A stretch of DNA of 64,000 nucleotides from Candidatus Hecatella orcuttiae (lineage in GTDB: Archaea > Thermoproteota > Bathyarchaeia > Hecatellales > Hecatellaceae): contig MTLY02000003.1 of NCBI GenBank assembly GCA_002011035.2, forward strand, positions 256,001 through 320,000. Direction: 5' to 3'. A program made the position numbers and the translations under genes. Positions 1-7,897 of the stretch are shown here, piece after piece; position 1 is the stretch's first letter; each line of letters begins with the position of its first letter. Below the pieces are notes generated by a model. The model worked only from the letters and a program-made list of their open reading frames with translations, was not told where the DNA came from and ran no database searches.

Positions 1-144
1 GCCTCTACGAGGCCGTGTTCGTGGTTGAGTGTTTCGGCAGCCACGACGTCTACGAGCTCATGGCTTTGGAGGACGAGCTGGCGAGGAGAGGCTACAGGGT
101 AAGGGAAAGCCTTCCGGAGGTCGTGAAGGTGGAGGAGGAAGAGG

Positions 145-369
145 TTGAAGGTTGAAGAGGTGGGGAAAGGCGTTTACAGGGTTTTCCCCGACAAGGACGA
201 CTACCTGATAATCTACACCAGCCGCGGAGCCGTGGACATCGACCTCAAAACCCTCACCATCGACCTGAACCCGGACGCCACGGCCAGCTTCAAGGTTACC
301 GGCTACGACAGGAAGCTGAGAGCCCTCACCCTTCACAAGCCCGAGCGGGCCTCTTTCGGGGTAGGGTGA
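145..369 (+). CDS. Hypothetical protein
   Basis: 74-aa ORF after a GGAGG-rich stretch; stop overlaps next start (TGATG). Confidence 0.5.
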   Translation: MKVEEVGKGVYRVFPDKDDYLIIYTSRGAVDIDLKTLTIDLNPDATASFKVTGYDRKLRALTLHKPERASFGVG

Positions 370-521
370 TGTGGGATAAGAGGATATGTGCCTCTTGCCT
401 CAGAAGACGAGGCTGCGCTTTGAAGAACACGCCCCTAAGGATGGCGTGGGTATGCTTCGAGCAGGACCCTGACCAGCCGCCGCCCGATAAGCGAGCAGGG
501 CTGCTGGAGGCGGATGTCTAA
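369..521 (+). CDS. Small Cys-rich, putative Zn-binding protein (50 aa)
   Basis: Own translation MWDKRICASCLRRRGC...WVCFEQ; CxxC plus two more Cys; ATG coupled to upstream stop. Confidence 0.4.
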   Translation: MWDKRICASCLRRRGCALKNTPLRMAWVCFEQDPDQPPPDKRAGLLEADV

Positions 522-558
522 GGCTCCCGGAGCTGAGGGCGGCTCTTCGGGGATACCC

Positions 559-2436
559 ATGGACAGCTCTAAGACAGACCAACCGACCAAGCAGGCTAAA
601 GGGCGACTCCGAGTCGACGGCCCCTTCCTCAAAGGCCTCATCGCCTGGATGCAGCGGGTGGCCGGAGAGGCCACCATCACCCTCGACGCCGAAGGCCTCC
701 GGTTCGCCTACATGGACCCCAGCCATGTGGCCATGGCCGCGGGCAGGCTGACGCCCCAGGCCTTCGCCGAATACGCGGTGGCCCAGGCCGGCTGCTTCGC
801 CGTGGACCTGGCAGACCTGGCGAAGGCGCTCAAAGGCGTCAAGAAAGGCGTGGAGGTCGGCGTCTCCGTGGACGAGAAACATGTGGCGGTAAGCTTCGAC
901 GGCGAAACCGTCCGCCTGCCGGTGCTGCCGCCCAGCGACGAGGCAGACCCACCCGAGCCCAAGCTGGCCCACGAGGCTCGGCTGAGGCTGATGCGCGGAG
1001 CCCTGCTGGACGCGGTGCGGAAGGCGGGGCAGGTGAGCGACCAGCTGGTCCTGAAGGCCACGCCCAACGCCCTCCTGGTCAGGGCGTTCAGCGAAACAGG
1101 CGACTACGAGAAAACCCTAGACCGCCACGGCGCATACATGCTGGACTTCCACAGCCCCTCCAACCGAACCGTCAAAGCCCTCTACGGAGCCTCGTTCCTC
1201 GAAGACCTCCTCACCTTCCCCGCGGAGCTGGTCACCGTCGAATTCTCCACCGAAAAGCCCGTGGCCCTCACCTTCGAGGACTACGCCTGGACGGTTCGAG
1301 GGTGGCTGGCTCCGAGGATCGGAGGCGAATACGAGCCCCGGGTCACGGTCAGGCTCTTGGAGGGCCACCCGGGAGTCTACGACGAGGACGGCCAGTTCCA
1401 CGGAGCCCAAGGCTTCAAGGCCGGTGAAATCGCCACCCTCCCCCGGTCTGCCGCGGCCAGGCTGCTGGAAGACGGCAGAGCCGCCCTGAAGCTGACCCCG
1501 GACCCGGCTGAGGGCGTGGAGCCCCTGCCCCTGGGGGCGGTGAAGCTGAAAAGGCGGAGCAAGGGCAAAGGGTGGCTGCTCAGCCGCAGCGGAGACACGG
1601 CCAAGGACGACGCCGAGCAGCTGGCAGGGAGGCTGCTGAAAGCCCTGGAGGCGGCGGAGGGGGACTACCCCGGCAGGCTGCTGGCCGCCGAGAAACCCTA
1701 CACCGGGCAGGAGGCCACCCTCTACGTCATGGCGGAGCGCAGCCGGAAAAGCTACGCCCACGCCGGCCGCTACGGGCTGCCGGTGGTGAAGGTTCTGGAA
1801 GTCGCCGAGGAACCCTTCGGCGAGCACCCGTCCTACGGCTACACCGACTGGAAGCCGCTGGAGGCGGAAGGCGAAGAAGCTGAGCAGGCTGCCAAGGCCG
1901 CTGCCGCCGAGCAGGCGGAGGAGGCGGAGGCTGGCGAGGAAGAAGGCGGAGGCTGCGAGTGGAGCCGCAGCGAGGAGGCTGACCGATACAGGGAGGAAAT
2001 GCGCCGTCTGGACGAGGAGCTGAGGAAACTCGGCCTCCTGGAGGAGCTGCGAGGCCTTGAAACCCTCAAAGTCAGAGAGCTGGCCGAGAGGGTGAAAGCC
2101 CAACCCGGCGAAGCCGTCCTCGCCACCCTAGACCGGGCCCTAGCCGTCCACGAGGAGTTCTACCGCAAACTCTACGCAGCCTACGGATGGAAACTCGAAG
2201 ACCTAAAGGAAGGACAGGCCCCCGAGGTCTCCGACATTTTAAAGATGAGGCGATGGCTCACGGGATTCCTGAAGCGGAAAGCCGAAAAACCCGAGCCCAA
2301 GCCCGAAGGCACAAGGCGGGCTAAGAAGGCGTGGGTGAAGATTTGGCTGAAGCGAGGCCGGAGGGACCGAGCCGAGCAGCTGGCCGACGAGCTGGGCATC
2401 AGCCTGGAGGCTGTGGAAAAGGAGCTGGAAGGCTAA
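559..2436 (+). CDS. PCNA-family sliding clamp fused to a GINS B-domain-like module and a long uncharacterised C-terminal region
   Basis: PCNA motifs MDPSHVAM, VDLADLAKAL, YGASFL, VEFSTEKP, WLAPRI, then VRLLEGHPGVYDEDG..GFKAGEIATLPRSAAARLLEDGRA; ATG 559 follows the TTCGGGGA motif. Confidence 0.85.
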   Translation: MDSSKTDQPTKQAKGRLRVDGPFLKGLIAWMQRVAGEATITLDAEGLRFAYMDPSHVAMAAGRLTPQAFAEYAVAQAGCFAVDLADLAKALKGVKKGVEVGVSVDEKHVAVSFDGETVRLPVLPPSDEADPPEPKLAHEARLRLMRGALLDAVRKAGQVSDQLVLKATPNALLVRAFSETGDYEKTLDRHGAYMLDFHSPSNRTVKALYGASFLEDLLTFPAELVTVEFSTEKPVALTFEDYAWTVRGWLAPRIGGEYEPRVTVRLLEGHPGVYDEDGQFHGAQGFKAGEIATLPRSAAARLLEDGRAALKLTPDPAEGVEPLPLGAVKLKRRSKGKGWLLSRSGDTAKDDAEQLAGRLLKALEAAEGDYPGRLLAAEKPYTGQEATLYVMAERSRKSYAHAGRYGLPVVKVLEVAEEPFGEHPSYGYTDWKPLEAEGEEAEQAAKAAAAEQAEEAEAGEEEGGGCEWSRSEEADRYREEMRRLDEELRKLGLLEELRGLETLKVRELAERVKAQPGEAVLATLDRALAVHEEFYRKLYAAYGWKLEDLKEGQAPEVSDILKMRRWLTGFLKRKAEKPEPKPEGTRRAKKAWVKIWLKRGRRDRAEQLADELGISLEAVEKELEG

Positions 2437-2479
2437 CCCCAGCCTCCCCATTTTTCGGGGGACGTTTCGGGGATACACC

Positions 2480-2644
2480 GTGCAGTATCTCAGGCTCTAT
2501 GCGGTGGTCAAGGACGCTCAGGTGGACGCTGAAGGGCAGGTGTGGCTGTGCCTAGCCCGCGTGCAGAGGGCTGTCGCCGAGCTCAACGTCAAAGCCCTCC
2601 GCGACATCCGAGGCAAACCCATAATTTTGACCGTGGATGTCTGA
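2480..2644 (+). CDS. Hypothetical protein (54 aa)
   Basis: GTG start after TTTCGGGGATAC; own translation MQYLRLYAVVKDAQVD...ILTVDV. Confidence 0.45.
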   Translation: MQYLRLYAVVKDAQVDAEGQVWLCLARVQRAVAELNVKALRDIRGKPIILTVDV

Positions 2645-2680
2645 CAGGTTTATATGCGAAAACAGGGGAAGTGTTCATGG

Positions 2681-3268
2681 ATGACAGCCCGAAGGTTCAA
2701 ACAGTCCCCGCTTGGGAGAAGCTTCAGAGACGTGGTCTCCGCCGCCTTGGAGCTCCTGGAGAGAAGCGGGCTGAGCTACGCCTTGACGGGGGGAGCTGCG
2801 CTGCCCTACTTTGGAAGGGCCAGGGCGACGGCGGACGTGGACCTGGTGGTGGAACACGACGAGGAGAAGCTGAGAAGATTCGTCGAGGAGCTGAACAGAG
2901 GCGGCTTCACCGTCCCTTGGGAGTGGGTGGAGCGGTCCTTGGAGGAGAAAACCCACTTCACCGTCCAGGACACGCTCTCCCCCTACCGGCTGGACGTCAA
3001 AGTCCTGCAGCCGGGAGAGGGTTTGGGGCGGACCGTGGAGGCGGTGGTGGACGGCAGGCCGATGCGCCTCACCGCCCCGGAGGAGCTGGTCGCCCTCAAG
3101 CTCCGCCTCGGCAGCGACCTAGACCTGGAGGACGCCCGGAGCATCGTAGCCCGGCAGGGAAGCCGCCTCGACGTGCAGTATCTGCTCAGAAAGGCGGAGG
3201 AGCAGGGAGTCAGGGAAAAGGCCGTTAAGCTTCTCGAAGAGGAGGGAGTTGAAGTTGGAGAGGCGTGA
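2681..3268 (+). CDS. Nucleotidyltransferase (AbiEii/DUF6036-like), putative toxin
   Basis: YALTGGAA..GRARATADVDLVV (GG..DxD) and PEELVALKL..DLEDA motifs; TATA-like TTTATAT at ~2649. Confidence 0.75.
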   Translation: MTARRFKQSPLGRSFRDVVSAALELLERSGLSYALTGGAALPYFGRARATADVDLVVEHDEEKLRRFVEELNRGGFTVPWEWVERSLEEKTHFTVQDTLSPYRLDVKVLQPGEGLGRTVEAVVDGRPMRLTAPEELVALKLRLGSDLDLEDARSIVARQGSRLDVQYLLRKAEEQGVREKAVKLLEEEGVEVGEA

Positions 3269-3524
3269 AGAGAGACGGCGGGCCGCCAAGGCCTCCGCGG
3301 AGGCTCTGAAAGGCTACGACCCGCTCCAAGTGGTCAGCGACCTCAGCGACTACGCCCTCAGCCTCGCCGAGGCCGGGATAAGGCAGCAGAACCCTAACAT
3401 GTCCGAAGAGCAGGTCAGGGAGGAGCTCCGCCGCCTGGCCGAGTGGAGCAGCCCCTCAGCCTGGCGGGGAAAGGCAGGGCAAGCCCGCCGCGGGGGCCAG
3501 TTTTCTTTCGGGGACCAGCCGTGA
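3249..3524 (+). CDS. Small helical partner of the nucleotidyltransferase (putative antitoxin)
   Basis: Overlaps the NTase stop; LAEAGIRQQNPNMSEEQVREEL resembles small proteins paired with this NTase family. Confidence 0.55.
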   Translation: MKLERREERRRAAKASAEALKGYDPLQVVSDLSDYALSLAEAGIRQQNPNMSEEQVREELRRLAEWSSPSAWRGKAGQARRGGQFSFGDQP

Positions 3525-3838
3525 AGTTCAGCGTCCGCCTTTTTTTCCACCTCCGCTCCCCGGACCCTTACCTCGACGCGAAAAGGGCAGCTCAGGCCGC
3601 CGCAGCCCGGCATGGAGCCGTCTTCGAAGGCGTGGACGACACCCTCAACGGCCTCTACGCCTCCCTGGAGCCGGGGGCCAAAGAGGTCATGGCCGCCTTC
3701 ACCGTTGAACAGCCCACGGTGGAGGAAGCCCGCGAAGCGGCTGAGAGGCTTTACCGCCGCCTCCAAGGCCGACTGCGCCTGGGGTTCATGGAGCTGCCCA
3801 ACCCGGAGGACAGGGTGGTTGTGGAGCGGAGTAAATGA
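3521..3838 (+). CDS. Hypothetical protein
   Basis: GTG start overlapping upstream TGA, preceded by TTCGGGGA. Confidence 0.55.
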   Translation: MKFSVRLFFHLRSPDPYLDAKRAAQAAAARHGAVFEGVDDTLNGLYASLEPGAKEVMAAFTVEQPTVEEAREAAERLYRRLQGRLRLGFMELPNPEDRVVVERSK

Positions 3839-4144
3839 AGTGCGCCTTGTTTTTTCTTCGGTATGGCGTTGTTCGGCGTAGGTGTTGCCACGATAGTTTA
3901 CTTGCTGGGGGCTGGACTGGGCCATGTACTACTCACTGGCACCTCCAGCCAACCTAATAACCCCAATCAGCACAGCCATGTAAAAACCATGGAAACTTTT
4001 GCGTCCCGAGGTGAAACCGCCTCTATCCTTCAGCGAGCCAAAACAGTTTTCAGGGGGCAGTAATCACAGTAAGTGTTGCTACAGTTGAATGTCGGAGTCA
4101 CTAAGTTGCCTTTTCCAGAAGGTTTTTAAAAAGCCACATATACA

Positions 4145-4402
4145 ATGAAAAACCGGAAGGTGGTGGGTGTGAGTGAAGAAAATAATGCAAAAAATTTGGC
4201 CCGTCGATATTTTGAAAACAAATTCGGAACAAGGATAGTAAAATTAACAATCGGCGAAGCTGTCAAGGGAGCCGAATCTGAACCAGATGTATGGTATGTC
4301 AACTTTGAGTTAGAGGTTACGGGGGAAAACCCGGTGGCCGGCGCCGTCCCAGTGAACGTAAGAATGGGCACCATAAAAGAGCCATCAGAAGGATGGTTCT
4401 AG
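4145..4402 (+). CDS. Hypothetical protein (AT-rich cargo)
   Basis: 85-aa ORF with TTTTTAAAA upstream. Confidence 0.5.
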   Translation: MKNRKVVGVSEENNAKNLARRYFENKFGTRIVKLTIGEAVKGAESEPDVWYVNFELEVTGENPVAGAVPVNVRMGTIKEPSEGWF

Positions 4403-4506
4403 CGGTGAAAAAAGCTGGAAAGTGGTAGAATGCAACAGTATAATCTCGCTGCCATATTAAGAAATCGTTAGGAGCGGAGAGAAAAACGAAGATAAAGTCT
4501 CTCTAT

Positions 4507-5520
4507 ATGCCTGATACATGTCTTCAGGGTGACGAATTTCCAGCACATATAATCTGGGATAAGTTAGACAAAGTTGAGATATCCATCAGATACCCAGAAA
4601 CAATAGAGGTCAAGGCGATTTATAATGTTCCAACAGATGGGATTGAAATCTCTGATGAGCGTTCTATTAAAATCACCGATTTCGAAGTAAACGGATATTT
4701 AGGAATCCTCTTCTGTTCTAGAATATTAGTCGACTTCAGAAAGCGTGAACGCGTACAATTCGAAATTTTAGATCTGCGAAACTCTTCTATAGAACGATTC
4801 ACGAGAGAAATTGATCTATTTAGGCCAGCCCTAAAACTTGAAAGCGTCCCCCCTAGACTCAACATAAAATATGATTCTTCTACCCGCTCCTATAAGATTG
4901 GTGACAAGATTCGCATAAGGAATCTAGGTGATGGAACTGCGCTTATTAGTGTTGGAGTAGGTGAGGGGGACTTCCAAAGACATTATCCCCAAGGAATTGA
5001 CGATTTTGCAAAGGCATTTGTGTGCGACTTGGAAATCAAATTAAACGTTATCAGGTCCGAATATCCCGAACACTCTTCGCTAATTGACAAATTCTTGTCT
5101 TTATTGAAACAGCCTATTACTCTTGACGGTAAAACGAAAGCAATAATTCAATCAGTTTTTAATGGTCTCGCAAGGGCGTTCGAGGAAAGCGAAGGCTTTT
5201 ATAACAACTTCGTCTCAGCGGTTGCGATTTCATATCTAAAGAATATCCAATTGATAACTGAGCTGAAAACCTTCATGGAGTATTTAAATTCAATAGGTGA
5301 GGGAAGAATCATTCTCGTAAATTCGGTGGATGTACTGAAAGCCAAAAGAACTTCAGGACGAATGCATCTAGTCATTCAAATTACTGATCTCGCCTACAAT
5401 GACTATCCCCCTATTGAACTCCCTTCTATCCCGGTAACATGCGAAGGTAGTGATGAAGTGCCGATTCACATGCTATTTGATTGGAAAGCGGGTCCCTTAA
5501 GGAGGGAAGAAGATGGTTGA
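4507..5520 (+). CDS. Hypothetical protein (337 aa, AT-rich cargo)
   Basis: Long ORF in AT-rich DNA overlapping the next gene; no motif recognised. Confidence 0.75.
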   Translation: MPDTCLQGDEFPAHIIWDKLDKVEISIRYPETIEVKAIYNVPTDGIEISDERSIKITDFEVNGYLGILFCSRILVDFRKRERVQFEILDLRNSSIERFTREIDLFRPALKLESVPPRLNIKYDSSTRSYKIGDKIRIRNLGDGTALISVGVGEGDFQRHYPQGIDDFAKAFVCDLEIKLNVIRSEYPEHSSLIDKFLSLLKQPITLDGKTKAIIQSVFNGLARAFEESEGFYNNFVSAVAISYLKNIQLITELKTFMEYLNSIGEGRIILVNSVDVLKAKRTSGRMHLVIQITDLAYNDYPPIELPSIPVTCEGSDEVPIHMLFDWKAGPLRREEDG

Positions 5521-6487
5521 AATTGGTGAAATTGGAGCAATTATTGGAACATGTTCTGCTCTAGCGGAAAAAGGCGTTGGGGAAATAATCAAGACTGCGT
5601 CGAAAATATACGAAACAATTAAAGGCTCCTACAAAGTCCTAAACCAAGAGATCGTGGTGCTCTGCCCTGAATCAGTCCAACACTTTTCTATCGCTTTCGA
5701 GGCCACAGGTGGATTCTTGAGTCAAAAGATTAAGTTTCCTTTTGGGAAACCACTTAGGGTGAGGCTTAGACCCTTGAGGTCATTGCAAGACCTATCCGAG
5801 GCAATCTTTCTTACTGAAGAAGGTTTTGAGATTAATACTCGGGGCATGCAAGCGGAGGACACTTTTCTATTAGATGTTGATTATAGGATTACAGACCCAA
5901 AATTCGTAGATGCTCTTGTCCAAAGAAATCACGCAAGAGAGTTACCGAAAGACAGAGAGAGCGAATACTGGATGCATGCTCAATTGAAACATCCTAAAGT
6001 CTTTCAGACAAAGTATGGTCGATTAGATCTCCGCGACGTAGATTTTAGCGTTAACGTTGGGATTAGTGAAGACATAAAAATGTCCATCCCTTCTGCGTTT
6101 AGAAGAGAACTAGAAGCTGGTGTGAAGCTTCTTATGGAACGGGACCCGCATAGGAAGTATATGCTCGGAAGAGAACATGTAAAGGCTATGAGAGCACGAG
6201 GCAAAGGAAAAAGTGTAATCGAACTTCTCGGAGATCTTCAAGATCTTTTCTTTCCAAGAACTTTCCGCAAGTTTGTTGAGGTGAAAAAAGACTTCCGTTA
6301 TTCTGAGTGCCACAGGGGGAGCGATTTCTATGAGACAGTACCTTTTCCAACATGGCCGAAGACTATGAAAGTCATATCTAGAACTGATCTTGGACTTGAA
6401 CGATACGCCGCAGAAGGAATTCTCGTGTATAAAAAGGCAGACTTTCTTGAACAGGTAAGCAAAATACTTGGCGTGAAGCTGAAGTAA
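5513..6487 (+). CDS. Hypothetical protein (324 aa, AT-rich cargo)
   Basis: Long ORF with GGAGG RBS, coupled to upstream gene; no motif recognised. Confidence 0.75.
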   Translation: MVEIGEIGAIIGTCSALAEKGVGEIIKTASKIYETIKGSYKVLNQEIVVLCPESVQHFSIAFEATGGFLSQKIKFPFGKPLRVRLRPLRSLQDLSEAIFLTEEGFEINTRGMQAEDTFLLDVDYRITDPKFVDALVQRNHARELPKDRESEYWMHAQLKHPKVFQTKYGRLDLRDVDFSVNVGISEDIKMSIPSAFRRELEAGVKLLMERDPHRKYMLGREHVKAMRARGKGKSVIELLGDLQDLFFPRTFRKFVEVKKDFRYSECHRGSDFYETVPFPTWPKTMKVISRTDLGLERYAAEGILVYKKADFLEQVSKILGVKLK

Positions 6488-6830
6488 TCAAAACACCAAT
6501 AGTAGTTATTATGTTTTAACGTTTTTATAATAGTTTTGACTAGCTGAGGGGACTTTAAAGTCGGAGCATAGATAAAGGGATAAAAGAATTAGAGATTACT
6601 TTGGTTCCGCTTTTCCTTCATATTTTTTGCGTAAGTTTCTCATATTCTTCGCTAACCCATCTGCTGTCTTCCTCGAAATCTTTGAGTATGCCTAGTTTTC
6701 GGTGCACTCCAGCCCCATGTCTGAGGTGGTTGGGGGTGCTCCTCGAACCTTGTAGGGGCCTCGGCGGAAAAGAGCCGGCGGCTTCTTAGAGCCACCATAT
6801 TTAAGGGCGCTGATTCTTTCGGGGATTACC

Positions 6831-7595
6831 GTGGAAAGCGCCTTAGGCTTGCTGTCGAAGATTTTTCTAGCGGTGCCCCTGTTGGCTGCGAAGCGCATGT
6901 ACCATGAGGCCCGGGACACCTGGAATCCGTATGTCGGCTGCCTGCACGACTGCCTCTACTGCAAGAAATCCTTCCAACGCCAAGTGGCCAGGGTCGGCCG
7001 CATCTTCGGCTGCGAGGGCTGCATCCGCTACCAGCCCCACTTCCACCCTGAGAGGCTGAGCCGCCGGCTGCCCAGGACAGGCCCCGGGCAGTTTATCTTC
7101 GCCTGCGACTGCGGAGACTGGACGTTCGCCCGCCCCGAGTGGAGGGCCGCCGTCCTCCGCCGCATAGCCGAGCTTCCCGACCGTACTTTTCTCATCCAGT
7201 CCAAGAATCCCGCCTGCTTCCAGAAGGACAGCTTCCCCCCCAACGTCATCCTGGGAACGACCATCGAAACCAACCGGGACGAGCTGGGCAGGGCGATCTC
7301 CAAGGCCCCGCCTCCCTCAGCCCGCTACGCCGCGATGGCCACCCTCCGGTGGCCGAGGAAGATGGTCACCGTGGAGCCCATCATGGACTTCGACCCCGAC
7401 ACCCTCCTGCGGTGGGTGAAGGACATCAGCCCCCTCTGCGTCTACGTGGGCTACGACAGCCGCCTCACCGGGCTGCCGGAGCCGCCCCGGGCAAAGACCG
7501 AAGCCTTCATGGCGGCCGTGGAGGAAGCGGGCATCCCGGTGAGGCGGAAGCTCATCAGAGAAGCCCAACCCAGCCGCCCCGGGTTGCGAGGCTAG
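6831..7595 (+). CDS. DUF5131 (phage Gp37/Gp68) radical-SAM-like protein
   Basis: TWNPYVGCLHDCLYC (CxxxCxxC), FLIQSKNP, NVILGTTIE, VTVEPI. Confidence 0.8.
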   Translation: MESALGLLSKIFLAVPLLAAKRMYHEARDTWNPYVGCLHDCLYCKKSFQRQVARVGRIFGCEGCIRYQPHFHPERLSRRLPRTGPGQFIFACDCGDWTFARPEWRAAVLRRIAELPDRTFLIQSKNPACFQKDSFPPNVILGTTIETNRDELGRAISKAPPPSARYAAMATLRWPRKMVTVEPIMDFDPDTLLRWVKDISPLCVYVGYDSRLTGLPEPPRAKTEAFMAAVEEAGIPVRRKLIREAQPSRPGLRG

Positions 7596-7897
7596 GGTCG
7601 CTTCTTTTTTCGGGGGAGCGGTTTGGCTAAGCTGTTCTTGGTCACGGAGGACAAGGAGCAGACATGGTTTCTGGTCGAAGCTGACTCTGTGGCCAGCTCT
7701 CTAAGGTGGCTGAAGGGAAGGCTTACCGATGCGTAAAGTCTTTACATCAGTGGCAATCTTAACAGTCTTTTTTTAACATGGGGGTCTTCTTTAGCATCGA
7801 TCACCATAAAAGCTAGGGAAATTGCAATTTCAGTGACTTCTTCTTCGGTTAGCTTTAAATTTTTCTCGTTTCCCAACAAGATAAATCCCCTAGGATT

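Noticed and set aside
400-2478. Long antisense and alternate-frame ORFs (e.g. 400-972, 1117-2103)
   Set aside because: Shadows of the GC-rich PCNA-fusion gene with no motifs; the same applies to most overlapping ORFs in the track
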